A stretch of DNA of 61,936 nt, counting the filler, from Nemertoderma westbladi (taxonomy: Eukaryota > Animalia > Xenacoelomorpha): NCBI GenBank assembly GCA_032718475.1. It is 3 parts of 3 records of this genome, joined end to end, with 100 filler letters (N's around TTAATTAATTAA, not from the genome) between each part and the next. Parts side by side here need not be neighbours in the genome. Positions count along the whole stretch, not along the records: positions 1 to 25,177 come from JAUCBJ010004097.1; 2 more parts are not named here. One strand, written 5' to 3'. Shown here piece by piece: positions 10,440-23,888 of this stretch; the stretch's first letter is position 1; every line of letters starts with the position of its first letter. A program made the position numbers and the translations under genes. The notes under the pieces were generated by a model. The model was not told the DNA's origin and searched no databases. It saw only the letters and a list, made by a program, of their open reading frames with translations.

Positions 10440-13291
10440 CTATATGCTGACTATACTATGTTGACGCATACTATATTCTTGGCAATATTGCTGTAGGACT
10501 TTTATTTTTCCAACGCAGTTCTCAATGGTAGTGGACAGTATCACGGTGTCGTCCATTAATAGTAGAAATTGGAGCGTTCCTAAAAAACCATCGTATTTAT
10601 ACGCTTCCTTTATCATAAGTACAAGTTTATTCATATAAATACAGAACAAGGTAACACTACTTGACGCCCCCTGGCGGATACCTACTGTAGTAATTATAAT
10701 AGCCGTAGGCAATATTGCCTTGGTACCTCTGTATAAAGTATGTAAGGCAAGTAACAATTGTTTTCCACATCCGAGTGAACTTAAATATTCTAACAATTTC
10801 CTTCTGGGCATGCGGTCGTATGCTTTGCTAAAGTCGATAAATACGATATATAATTTATATTTTTTATGTACAGCAAGGTCTATAAGTAGCTGTAAACTGA
10901 TAATTTGTTCCAAGCACCCCCTGTGTGTCTGTCCACCTGCCTGGCAACTATCTATTGACCACCACTTTAGAAGTCTAGCATTAATCATCATGTCATACAG
11001 TTTGGCTAGAGTTGTAGATACACTGATACCCTGGAAGTTACCGCAAATATTTGGTTTCCCAGATTTAAATATGGTTATCAGTTTAGTATAAGCCCATCTA
11101 CTAGGAACCCACTGAAAAGTAAAAACAAGATTAAACACTGTAAGAAAAAATAATATCCAGTTCCCTGGTAACAATATAAACAACCTCGGATCAATCCCTA
11201 TATAACCCTTATTCGGCTTTATTTCACTAAGTACTGAAGCGAATTCCTGTTCAGTGAATGGATTATCTAGACACGGTATATAAGGGCTATTCTCTCCGAT
11301 GAGGCTATCTAATTCAGGTTTGTTTGCTGGGTTTAGTAGTTCCTCGAAATGCTTGCGGATTTGCAGATTTTGCAACGCTAAGATTTCGCCCTTCCAATTC
11401 AATGACTTCCATATGTTTTTTGGGTTGTTTTCGGTTAAGATAGGCTCCCAGCGGTCCATCGAAACGTCCCATGGATGTCTAGGCTCTTGCAGTGGGTTAG
11501 ATTTCGCAACATTTTCAATTACGGTAGTAGCAACTTCTATACCATTATCGAGGCTGTGTGCTGATAGCCCAGCGTGGAGGTCTGGCGGTTTAATCCTCTC
11601 CAACTGCTCCACAAATAATCTCTGGTTCACCGATTTCACAGAGCAGCCTTTACAGTCAATTGTCTGCTGGTGTTTGAAACACCGAGGGTTATCATACAAC
11701 GATTGCCCGAGCTCTGCAGCCCGGGCCTCTAATTCATTGGTCCGAGGTGAAATTATTGTGCCAGGCAGCTCGAGACTTATCGGGGCGTGGTTGGAACCTT
11801 TCTGTGAGTTATGAACGGTGAAGTTTCTGATGTGGTGTATAATACTTGGGGAACAGACAGCCATATCGATTTCCGAAATCCATCTCGATCCTTTCCGGTA
11901 AGTTAGGTTAGCCTTGAACAGTTTACAATTCACAGCCAAATTATTAAGCATAATCCATCCAGTTGCCTCAGTTATATTTTTCAGCAGGCGCCCATGAGAG
12001 TTTGTTGTCATATCGCGACCTCCCGAATAGTGAGCCGCTGTAAACAGCGATAATAGAGTATCTGGGATAGATGGGCAGGCTACATGAGAGTTGAAATCCC
12101 CAAGGACTATCGAGGTGGTTAGCGTATTAAGTTTCCCGTGAAGGCTGGCGAAACTGCTGTAATCAAAGAATGGTGAATCATGTGGGGGGATGCAACACCC
12201 AACCAATGAAAGCCTTACCCATATTTGACCGTCTTCAGTTGAGTCAACCTCGAGTACATGTTTTGAAATCCAATCTTTAACTAGCAAAACTATACCCCCT
12301 CTGTGCCCGTGTACACTCGGATTACAATATGCTACATATCCTGGAGCACTTATATCCGCTGCAGTTTTCGTCTCTGATAGCCAGACTAAATCAAAATATA
12401 GAATAAAATTCAGGAAATAGTTTGATTCAAATTTATCGCCTAAGCCACATATGTTCCAATAACATAGTTTTAAACCGACACTCCGATCCTGTGCCGACAA
12501 CCCTAAGCGGTCGGTTCAACCCGGAAGCAATCAATTGCAACACTGTCACATAGGATTTCCCGCCGTCGGTAGTCGTAGTGAATATCGACATTGACATTCT
12601 CTCGATGACGCAGTCGAGCCTCCTCCTTTCGATCCGCTGGTTTTACGTCATTCTTGATATAGATGTGGTCGTAGAGCGACCCTGCCCCCAGATTCTTGGA
12701 GGATCTTAGGATGAGATTACGAACTCGTCTGTTGGGGGGTGTTAAAATCGGATGGCGATACTCCCGGCGGACATCACTTCCCTCCGCCGTCGAACCTGTA
12801 CTTGTACCAGATTTCCCCAGGCGTCGGAACTCCCAGAAATTCCTTGCCAGTAAACTACAGATTGGGGTTTCGATGTTTAACTTATCAACTACATCGTTAA
12901 TTTGCGCCCATTCGTCATCCTCGTTAATCGACTCTGGAATATTTGTAAGAACAACATTCTTCGCTCGATCCTTGTCCTCAATCTTCAAGATGTATTGTTG
13001 TTGATAAGTTATAGTCCGGAATGCACGATCCAGTTCTTTGGTTAGATTGGTTACGGATTCTTTTCAAGTATCCATTTCTTGCACCTCGAGCCACAGTGCG
13101 CATAATTCTCGAAGGACCTGACCGAGGTCACTAGCATCGGGAATCGGTACTGACGTTGTACTGGCAGATGTACTGGTAGGCCTACCCGTACTGGTAAGTG
13201 TAGGGTCCAGCGGGAGAAGGTACATTTGTAGTGTTACGCCATTTGATAATGTTAACCCAGTGCTGGCCTACCTTTCGCCGCTCTCTGATGA
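10440..13291 (-). mobile_element. Two-ORF LINE (Proto2/RTEX-like), 3'-truncated
   Basis: ORF1 remnant 12503..12988 (KNVVLTNIPE, RLGK, IYIKND). ORF2 10440..12500 has APE (WNICG, SET, GDFN, SNH) and RT (IDFSKAYD, GIRQG, LLMDD). The RT stops shortly after the DD motif. The clade call is from memory of the LMDD variant. Confidence 0.85.
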
Positions 13292-13726
13292 CACAATGCG
13301 ACAATGGTTTTAGGCTGGTTGTTCGGCTGATATTCTGGTGGTGGCGGTTGGTATGGTGGAGGGGGGTCGAATGGTTCCGCTATGATCAAGGAGTCCACAG
13401 GAATTGGGGAGGGTTTAGAGTGCCTGAGTGGTATGTCAACAGGTCCAACCTTCCTTTTTATATTCAAAGCATTCATCTCCAAAGTTATAAGAAGAGCGGA
13501 TATTTGCTTTAATTTGGGGCTGGCAATAAATTGTTATAAATTAACGAATTATTAGTATGAAAATAAGTTATTTATCATTTCTAAACATAGCTTGAGTGAT
13601 AATCCGTAAACATAGATTAAGAAACTCATTTGGTTTTTATGATGAAATTTTATTTTAATACTTATATTTTATGGTTTTTAGAAACTTTACGATACATAAT
13701 TAGTAATCGACTGCTAACATTGTAAT

Positions 13727-13979
13727 AAATAATAATAATAATAATATTGGTTATTTAAATAGCGCTTTATTATGCTCGGCATACTCAAAGCGCTTTTATT
13801 ATCATTACCCCAGCAAAGCCAGGTTCCCATTATACCGCTGGGTTGACGTAGGCACTAATGTCTAAAGTGTCTTGCACAACAGTGCGAAATTTCTACAGCC
13901 TTTAGTCGGATTCGAACCTGCGCCACCAAACACTATTGTGTAAGCAGTTCAGGCGCCATATCCACTTGGACACTGCGAC
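13727..13979 (-). mobile_element. tRNA-derived SINE with L2-like 3' tail
   Basis: A box TGTCCAAGTGG (13962-13972), B box GGTTCGAATCC (13908-13918), 3' AAGCGCTTTGAG..AAAGCGCTATTTAAAT and (TTA)n tail. TSD (AC)ATTGTAAT at 13717-13726 and 13978-13987. Confidence 0.88.
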
Positions 13980-14427
13980 ATTGTAATTATCGCAAAATTG
14001 TAAGGTCCTCTGCGATCAGATATAATTTATCCTTCCACTACAAATAACGTAAATAATAGAACAAAATTAAAAATATTAAATATAATGTTATTACATATAT
14101 TGGTGTCAAAATCAAAGAGGGATTAAATATTTTCTACAACACAATTTTTACTGCGTTAGTTAGACCAAAAGAGTCGAACTTAACTTATATTGTACAATCA
14201 TTGTTTATTCAAATGGAATCCTACCGAGTGATTTAACAGGTACAAAATGCATTAAATGTAAGTGGAATTTACCCACCTTGCCAACACTGCAGGCGGTATC
14301 ATACATTTAATTACATACCCGTGCTGTAAACACAGGTCACCACGGCGAGGGGTATAATCATGCTGAATATATATTAATCCTTAATGTGTTGGCCTCTATC
14401 TCAATAGTATAAATAATAGAAGACAAA

Positions 14428-14855
14428 ATGTGCGGCGAGCCACGAAAGTAAGCGAGCTTAGCATACGGGTACCACTAACTCAATAGGTGTGTCTGTCGTT
14501 CTGACGTGTTCAATTTTAAACGTTAATAACTCAGCCAAATGTTAATGAAATTTATCCAAACTTGGTACACGTGTAGTCTGTCAAAAGTTTAGAAATTTTC
14601 CAAGTTGAATTTCCATGTGGCCTTTGGGAAGCTAAGATAATAGCAGTTAATTAGTTAATTAAGTTGATTAGGGTAGAATCAGCATTTTCAACCTGCCTCT
14701 TAATGGATATTAATTATTTTCTAGTATAAGATTTAAATAATTATACTTAAAAATTATACAACTGTATTCCCCATACCCCATTCCATTATAGTTTTTAATT
14801 AGTTCAAGAGATTTGCTTTAAAAATGTGTTTTTAATTAATCTAAACGTAATTAAC
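14428..14855 (+). mobile_element. Non-autonomous repeat, Helentron/DINE-1-like (HINE); paralog at 42136-42570
   Basis: About 430 bp shared with 42136-42570: GGCGAGCCACGAA, CTGTCGTT microsatellite, AAACTTGGTACAC core. Confidence 0.6.
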
Positions 14856-17406
14856 TTATTAAAATGCCCTGTCTCCAGCTACAGATCCCTCCTTCGTTGG
14901 CATGCTTGCAATAGCAAGCATGTCTAGCCTACCTTGGAAGGGGAACCAGTCCAACCACACCTCACCTCTACTCAAAGGCAGCATTGTAATGAGCCAGACT
15001 AATAAGAAGCTTGGTTATTGTGTTTAGCTTACAAAATGATTGGCCGAGTACTTAATCGTGATTCTTTAGAATAATTAGCTAAATAATTTCGTTGAGGTGT
15101 TGACATGATAAATTAATATTTCAGTATCAATACTATCAGCATAATGTAAATTTTAATATTTCTTACAAATTTGGTCGCCTCCACGCCTAAAATATTTAAT
15201 ATATTATTTTATGAGTTTAACATGTTACCAATAACATGAGTTTATTGATTTCTTTGTTGGTTAAATAAATTAAACAACATGCGATCTTTAATTATTTTTG
15301 CTAGAAATTTTTGCTGTTTGTATATTTGTGAATCGCTTCCAGTAGTATTTTGAGTTATATTAAAAATAAATATAACATATTACTTTTAAAACATAAATTT
15401 GTTTATTAATATGATTATTATGATTATTTTATGTTAATACCTCTGCCTGTCATCAATCCTGTGTGCGCCTTTGGGTTGTTGTGGTGCAGATTAAGAGGGG
15501 AGGGTGGCTTTTCCCTCTCTTTGATTTGCTGGTGTTTGGTTAAACTCGATATCGAGTTTGTGATACAGTAGAATCTCTCATTAATCTGTATCCCATAACT
15601 GAGCTTCGTGCTGCGCGAAGGCCCCACGAACGTGTTGCCCAGTTATTGTAGATTTATCTTTCTTTATAGAAACTGCCGCATTGCGCTGGGCAGGTGTGTT
15701 TTACTGCTCTGTACTACTACTACTACTAGGTCGAGCGAACTCGGACAGTGGAAATGAGATCCTTCCAGGCTTCCCGATTCTCCATAGTTGTCGCAATTTC
15801 GTTTCTCCTAAGTTCAGTATCCCTTTCAAGTTGATCTATATGTTATGGCCGGTCGTCCACGACTACGCTTTCCATGAGTTGGTTGCCAGAAAAGTAGATC
15901 TGGTATGACCTCGTCTTCACTTCGCCAGCAGTGCCCACTGAATCTTAATCTGCGTTCACGGAGGGTGGTTGATACAAGTGGTATTGTACCATAAAGCTCG
16001 GCGTTTGTCATGTGTTGTCTCCAGCTGATGTTTAGGGCTGCCCATAGTAGTCTTGTGTAGCAACCATCAATTCGTTGTTCAAGTGATTTAGTCAGTGTCC
16101 AGGTCTCACCCCCATATAAAAATACACTTTCCACTGTGGCTCGAAAGAACTTAGTCTTCAGGTGCCTGGAAAGATCTGATTTCCAGATGGTATCCATTTT
16201 TGATAGAGCTACCCAAGCCTTTGCTTTCCTAACTTCTATGTCCTTTTTGCTACTCTCTATCCATGATCCAAGGTACTGGAAGTCATCGACCTTCCTTAGT
16301 TGATTATTATCAATGGTTGTCAAGTTTCCATCAACATTAAAGGTCATGAATTCGGTCTTTGTAGCATTTATATGCAATCCAACCTCCTTAGCAGCCCTCT
16401 CCACTTTATTTAGTAGAAGCTGTGCATCTGCTAGGGTATTAGAGAGCAGGGCGATGTCATCCGCAAAGTCGGTGTCTGTGACTGTAGTTGCCGGATATCT
16501 ACTACTTCTGCGTTCTTGAAGTGTGAATCCCAGGTCTTCACCCTTTGTGGCCGTCCTCATTGCGTAATCCAGCACAATTACAAATAGTAATGGTGCTAAT
16601 GTGTCACCTTGCAGTACGCCAGCCAGGATTGAGAAAAACTCAGTTTCACCACCTGGTGAGAGTACCTGCGCTTCTGTGTCACAATATAACAATCCAATGC
16701 CAGCAACAATTACTTCTGGTATTCCATAAGCTCTTAGGATTTCAAGCATTTTACCTCTATGGATTGAGTCGAATGCCTTCTTGAAGTCCACAAAAGTCAT
16801 GATAGCGGGGAGGTTCTTTGACTTAATTCCTTCAATCAGTCTCCGTAGTGCAAGTATCTGAGCTATTGTTGATCTACTTGGTCGAAATCCGTTTTGGCTC
16901 TTACGCAGTAGTTTCTCTATGTGAGGCCTAATACTATATAGAATCATTTTATTGTATATGTTGGCAGCTACCACAAGCAGACAGATCCCACGATAGTTTG
17001 TTGGTATGCCGAGGTCTCCTTTCTTGGGGAGAGGCTTTAGTTGACCTTTAGTCCAAATTGGTGGTGGCTTTTCCCCTTTTAACATCCAGTTGCAAACATT
17101 CAATAATGGTCTGTTTAGCACTCCGGTTTTCCATACCTCCGCTGGGATTTCATCTAATCCACTCGCTTTATTATTGGACATGCTTTTAATGCTTCTTTGG
17201 AGTTCGGCAGGTGTGAAGTCCCCTGTTTCTATAGGTAGTGTCTTGTCATATATTTTCCATGTAGGGCTGACCTCGATGTTTGGTGGCTGCCCGAGCAAGT
17301 TGCTGAAGTGATTTTTCCACTTCCCAACACGTTCTTCAGGACTATCGGCTTTGAGGCGCCCCTTTGCACAACTTTTCCGACCAGATACCTCATTTACAGT
17401 TTGCCA

Positions 17407-17411
<5 letters not shown>

Positions 17412-17494
<83 letters not shown>

Positions 17495-19797
17495 TTTATT
17501 TATAACGCACCCTATCAGTTAGTACAAGTTGTTCAGGGCGCAATGATAAAAACCAACTATAGTATCTTAAAAATATATATATAGTTAGTACAGTAAAAAT
17601 AAGTTTTGAATAAACTTAATTGTGGAACAGTGAAATAAAAAATTAAAATACAGATTAGTCTGTAGAATACTCCAATCGAAACAGGTGGGTTTTTAGACGA
17701 GAGTTAAACGTTTCGACCGTCGTGGCATTCCGCACATATAGTGGAAGCGAATTCCAGATAGTTGGTGCAGCAACCGAAAAGGAACGTTTACCATAGTGCT
17801 CCATCCTGTACCGGGGTACAGTAAGTAGCCCAGCACTGCCTGATCTCAATGCACGGATTGGAATGTATGGGACAAGTAGATTGCATAAGTATTGCGGAGC
17901 CAGCCCGTGTAAACACTTAAACGTTAGTGATGCTATTTTATAATTTATTCGGCAGCGTACAGGTAACCAATGAAGTTCACGCAGTACTGGCGTTATGTGA
18001 TCCCGTTTACGTGTATTCGTCAGCATCCTCGCTGCACAATTCTGCACGTATTGTAGTCTTGAAATGTATTTCGCAGGCAACCCATAATATAGTGAATTAA
18101 ATGCGTCTAGTTTACTGGATATAAGCGCATGAATAAGAATTTCGAGCTCTTTATTTCCAAAATAACGCTTTACTTTTGACAGACTACGCAAATGGTAGAA
18201 CGCGTCTCTGACAGTGATAGCGATCTGTTTGGAATTCATCATATAACAATCCATTTGATACCCCAGACTACGTGCACCAGATTTGCATTCAACGGTATCA
18301 ACACCAACTCGAACCTGATGTAGGTTTAAGTCCGGGTTGAAGCGGGACTGCAAGACCAATATTTCAGTTTTATCTGTATTGAGTTTAAGGAAATGCTTTC
18401 TCATCCATGCATTCACATCTTCGAGACATTTTTCTGTTACAGTTACCGCATGATTTATATCTGCAGGCTTAAAGGCGATATATATTTGGGTGTCGTCCGC
18501 ATATAGATGGTATTTAAGGCCATGTTTAATTATCACGGAGGACAACGATCGTGTGTAGATACTGAATAATACCGGCCCCAATACAGATCCCTGTGGTAAT
18601 CCAAACTTAAGTTTTTTCATATCTGAATAAACATCGCCTATACGGACCTGTTGTTTCCTATCCCCCAAGTAAGATCGGAACCAATCAAGTGCCAGACCAT
18701 CGATCTTTAAATCCGACCGTAGGATATCTAAGATTTTTGAATGCTCCACCGTGTCAAAGGCGGCACTCAGATCTAACATAATCATTAAGACTGCGGATCC
18801 ATCATCAATGTCACGTAAGATACTGTCAGTTACTGATAACATCGCTGTTTCTGTTCCATGGTATTTACGATAGGCACTTTGCAATGGTTCGTGTAAGTTA
18901 TTCAGATTGAGATGACTAATTAGTTGGTCAGCTACCACCTTTTCTGTAAGTTTCGCAATATATCTCAGATTCGATATCGGTCTGAAATTTTTAAAGATTT
19001 CAGGATTGAGTCGAGCTTTCTTCAATATTGGTGTCAGAATAGCCTCCTTAAAAAATGTTGGTACTACTGCCATTGCTATCGATAGGTTTATCATCAGAGT
19101 TATGACAACAAGGAGGGGTCCCAGGCACATTTTCAATAGCCTTGTTGGGATGGGATCATTGGGGCCCGATTTCGAGTTACCATCATCTATTAGTTTCTTA
19201 ACATCATCCTCGCTTACTGGATTAAATTGACTCATGTTTACCATATCATTGCCATCCTTTAATTTACCTTTTTCAGTGGGAATGCTGTCGTCGCAAGATG
19301 TTGCGAATCCGAGGTTGGTATCATCATTATTGTTCCTATTGTTCATGTTCATGGATATATCTGTGGGTCCAGTCTCAATATCAATATTGCCTGTTACATT
19401 ATCATCGTTATCCTCATTCACTTCATTCCGGATACCAGCTATTTTCTGCTCAAAGTAATTAGAAAATTCATTCGCCAGATCAGTCGGTGAATCATGTGCT
19501 GGAAGCCGAGTCTCAGTCCGACGATATAATACCTTATTAGCAACCGCGAATAATGTTCTTGTATCCCCCTTATTGTCAGTTATAATCTTATTATAATAAG
19601 TTTCCTTTGCTAAATTAATGGAGCTGAGGATAGTTTTACATTGTTGCCTATACTCGATGCGATCCACTTCAAGTTTGCTTTTTAGGTATTTCCGTTCTAG
19701 TTTTCGTTTTTTGCGCTTTTCTTCCGAAATAAGTGGAGTATACCACTCTTCCTTTTTGCGGTTTCCGATTGTTTTTTTAATCACCGGTGCGTGTTTT
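17412..19797 (-). mobile_element. 5'-truncated L2-clade LINE inserted in RTE-A; uninterrupted 709-codon RT ORF 17655..19784
   Basis: Motifs QSAYR, LDLSAAFD, GLPQGSVLGP, YADD, HITPVLRELHWLP. L2-type 3' hairpin and (TTA)n tail at 17409-17493. TSD AGGTAA at 17406-17411 and 19798-19803. Confidence 0.93.
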
Positions 19798-20505
19798 AGG
19801 TAAGTCTTGATTGTTGCTGTATGTGAGCAGTTGTAATTGCTTCAGTTTTATCCTGTATGTACTTTTCCTGGCTGATGTTGTAGGCCAATTTAAGATCGTC
19901 CTTAGCTTTCTCAACCTTGTTAATGTTTTCGGTTGTTGGTTGTTCGGTTTTAACTTTGTAGGCTATCTTAAGATCTTCTCTCTTACAAGTAACCTCAGAG
20001 TTTTGCCATCGCACATATTGTTTTTGTTTTGGTTTCTGGGGGATATGCCTCTTAGCTGATTCCTTGTGGGCTGTTATTATATTCTGGTATATTGAATGGG
20101 TGGATTGGTCTTCATCCATTGACTGAAGTGCTTCAAAGCGGTTTTGAACTTCTACTGTATAAGCATCCTTTACAGCATTGTCAGTTCTGAGTTTTTCCCA
20201 GTCTTATTTGATTTGCTTGCTTGTCCTGGGTTTGCTGGCTCTCAAACTGAGTCTGATCTCTGCAGTCACAATTCTGTGGTCCGAACCAATTAGGTTGAAC
20301 GAGCTGTATGCCTCGCAGTTGATCATGCTGTTTCTCCACTTTTTGTTTATGAGGATGTAATCCAGTTGTGCTTTGGTCCATTAGGGTATTGAAAGGTCCA
20401 TAGCTTCCCCTTACTCTTTTCGAATGTGTTGTTTGTTGGTATCAATTCACATTCTTCCATTAGGTCTAAAAGTAAGTACCCATTTCTGTTAGAACTGGTG
20501 TTATA

Positions 20506-22389
20506 CTACTAGGATCGGCATGCTGCATTGCAGCTGCATTTTTAAGAATGCTGTGCCGGCTTGTCAACAAAATTGCGCCGCCACAACTCCCTATCACCCA
20601 TGACATTTGCTAGATCATCCGCATCTTTAAGGCCAGTGTCCTTTAAGATGCGTCTCAAGAAAGTCATGGGCTGTCCACCATGCTTATTCACTCCATGAGG
20701 CTGCCAAAGTACAAGATTATGCACTGGCTGGTCCTCACGGCGAAAGCAATGTCCTGCAAAGCGGAGGCGATTTTGTTCTAGTGTCAAGCTTGGGGGAACC
20801 AATGAGACACCTCCAATGTTATATAGTGTCTGGTTGGAGATGTGTGCATTGTACTTGACACAATGTACCCGGCGTAGCATTCTTGTGAATGTGCCATCCA
20901 GAGATTTGGTGTCCTCAGCAGTTAGAGCCCAGCATGGACTCCCGTAGAGGAGTACTGGAACTACTGCTGCTCTAAATAATCGGACCTTAAGTTTCCGATT
21001 AATTCTAGGTGACTTCCAAATCCTGGAAAGCCTATTCAAGGCTGCCCATGCCTTTCCCTTACGTATTCGAAGGTCCTCACCTGACTTCCGGATCCATGAT
21101 CCCAGGTAACAGAAGTCGTCCACATGCTCAAGCATACCATCCTTTGAGCTTATGCTCATCCGATCAGAGACTTGCTGAGGACTTTCAAAGTTAACTGTCA
21201 GAATTTTGGTCTTTCTGGAGTTAATAAAAAGACCAACACTAGAAGCAGCATGTTCTAATGAGCTGAGGAGCCGCTGGGCTCCCTCTAATGATTCTGAGAG
21301 TACTCCTAAGTCATCAGCAAAGTCTAGATCAGTTAGGTACTTGGCAGGATTTCCTCTACTTCTGGAGCCAGTAGGTGGAGTTATCATCACCCCATCATCA
21401 TTATGATGATCTAAGGACATGCGTAGAACATAGTCAACCACAATAATGAACAAGAATGGTGCAAGTGTGTCTCCTTGGAGGACGCCCCATAACACTTCAA
21501 ATGGTTCTGTGTCACCGTCAACAGTAGACACAAATGTTGTCGAACCATCATATACTGATCTGATTGCTGCAATAATTTCATCAGGAATCCCATATAATGA
21601 AAGTATGCTGAACATACGTGAGCGAGAGACTGAATCAAAGGCCTTGAAGAAGTCAACAAAGATAACAGCCAGATGCCTGTCTTTCTTTTTTGATAACTCT
21701 TCAATTATCCTTCTAAGTGCCAAAATGGGCTCCATGGTCCCACGACCTTTACGGAACCCATTCTGATTTCCACGTAGCAGTCTCTCAATGGGATCCCTGA
21801 TGCGATTTAATAGAATTCTATTGTATAGTTTTGCAGCAATCGAGATCAATGAGATTCCCCGAAAAGAACCATAGAGTGTTAGGTTGCCCTTCTTGGGAAC
21901 TGGCACCAACTTATTTGTTTTCATTTCTTGTGGGACTCTTGTTGTACGGTACATGTCTACTATGATGGGATAGATGAGCTTTAAACACTCAGGTATTTTA
22001 AAGACCTCAGGGGGAACACCATCTACTCCACTGGCACGATTGGTCTTAATGCTCTTTGCAGCAGCCTTCACTTCTGCAAAGGAGATATCGCCAATGGGAA
22101 TATCTGGGAGTACAGACTCAGACACTTTTACTTCTATAAAGTTATCAGGCAATACCCTGTCATTATTGAGGAGCTTTTCAAAGTGGGCTTTCCAACCATT
22201 GAGGCGATCGGCTGGTGATTCAGCCTTAACCTTGGTGGTTGGTTGGCTTTTCCGCCCAGTAAGCAGATTGATCGATTTCCATGCCTGGGATGATTGCCTG
22301 CTGTCGTCAGCATCATTGATGGCATCAACCTGTTGGTTTATTAGCTCCTGTAGATTAACAGAGTACTGCCTGTGTTATGTTGTTGTGGT
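20506..22389 (-). mobile_element. 5'-truncated RTE-clade LINE (RTE-B) inserted in RTE-A; uninterrupted RT ORF 20542..22152
   Basis: Motifs NQNGFR, VDFFKAFD, GVLQGD, DFADD, YLGS; short TAG tail. 12-bp TSD ACTGGTGTTATA at 20494-20505 and 22390-22401. Confidence 0.93.
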
Positions 22390-23581
22390 ACTGGTGTTAT
22401 AGGTGTAACCCTTGATGTCTTCTGGGCCAATTTGGGCTTTCAGGTCACCGGCAATGACTTTAACATTGTGTTTCGGAATGTCCTTTGTAAGTCCAGTCAG
22501 TTCTTCGTAAAACTTGACTGCTTGTTCTGGCTCTGAGGCATTAGTTGGTCTGTAGCAACATATAACTGTTGCCTTGGGATTCCCATCAAATGTTGCGATC
22601 ATAACCCTGGAATTTATAGATTCGATGTTGTTTAGGGTCTTAAGTGCAAATGGGCTTAGCAGAATTCCTACTCCACCAATTGATGCATTGACCTAGTTTC
22701 TTACTGCTGAGCTTGTTACTAACGTCCATCCATTTCCAAAGTCATTATAGTTCATGGCAGTGTCTTCATGACAAATCCGATGTTCTTGGATGCAGATGAT
22801 GTCGATGTTATATTCCATTGCCAGAGCGACCATGTCACCCTGTTTGGTTTGTGCTTTCAGCGTGCGTGCGTTCATTGTAGCAATCTTTAGTGTCTTTTTA
22901 CATTTCAACAGGTTGGTTCTTCTTTCTTCTCGGTCTTCTGTTCCAGTAGCCAATTTATCGACCCCAGCCTGGTGTACCACTGGGGGACGCGGTCCTTGTT
23001 GACCCGGGCGACGACCGAGCCGGTATTTCTCCTGGAGGGTTCTCATACTCATATCTTTCAGTTGCTCTTCGCAGTAGATCGCCGTTTGTTGATTACCTTC
23101 CGCCGACCTTGTCAGCATGTTTAGCCGTTGGTTGAATACCTTCCGCCTATCCATGGCCTACAGCCCTGCTGCCGACTGTAGGGGTCCTTTTGTTACACCC
23201 TGAACCAAGTGTGCCTCCTGGGTTAGGTTACCTAACACTGGTAGAGGAGCATCCAGTATAGACAGGGCGGGCGTGTATCATCTCTAATACAGATGCGTAT
23301 CAAGCCTTTGCCTTCAATGGTGCCCTAGGCGCTATAGCCCTCAATGACTTATTTAGTTGACGGGGCTGAACCAACCCACTCTTGATCAACTAAATAATGA
23401 ATAGGCTATGCTTATCGGGCCTGCCCTACTGCTCTGTAATAATTAATAATAAATAATTAATTTTTATTTAATCCTTCAGAACAATGGAAGCTACGGTAAC
23501 TATTACTATGGTAACTCGTTTATATATTACTTTCCTGTCATAAGGTTTACCAATCCATCATAATTTCAAGTTCAATGCATT

Positions 23582-23888
23582 CATGTCCATACACTGTTCT
23601 CTAGTAGTACCATGTCCATACACTGTCTGGTAGTACCATATCCATACACTGTTCTCTGGTAGTACCATGTCCATACACTGTCTGGTAGTACCATGTCCAT
23701 ACACTGTCTGGTAGTACCATGTCCATACACTGTTCTCTAGTAGTACCATGTCCATACACTGTCTGGTAGTACCATATCCATACACTGTTCTCTAGTAGTA
23801 CCATGTCCATACACTGTCTGGTAGTACCATGTCCATACACTGTTCTCTGGTAGTACCATGTCCATACACTGTTCTCTGGAAGTACCAT
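23582..23888. repeat. Minisatellite with 26/29-bp units
   Basis: CATGTCCATACACTGT(TCT)CT(G/A)GTAGTAC repeated about 11 times. Confidence 0.92.

Larger units (their letters stand above)
15714..23426 (-). mobile_element. Full-length RTE-clade LINE (RTE-A), host of two nested LINEs
   Basis: 12-bp TSD TACTGCTCTGTA at 15702-15713 and 23427-23438; (TAG)n tail at about 15712-15728. APE pieces (TMNARTL, IQEHR, GGVG, AGD) at 23154-22402, linker at 20493-19798, RT (VDFKKAFD, GVLQGD, FADD) at 17405-15826. Confidence 0.93.

Noticed and set aside
10720-11814. Plus-strand ORFs of 123 and 171 aa
   Set aside because: Antisense shadows of the LINE ORF2.
13900-13979. tRNA gene
   Set aside because: No acceptor stem; it continues into a SINE body, tail and TSD.
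17308-17584. Poly-Asn / poly-Ile ORFs
   Set aside because: These are the (TTA)n tail of the L2 element.
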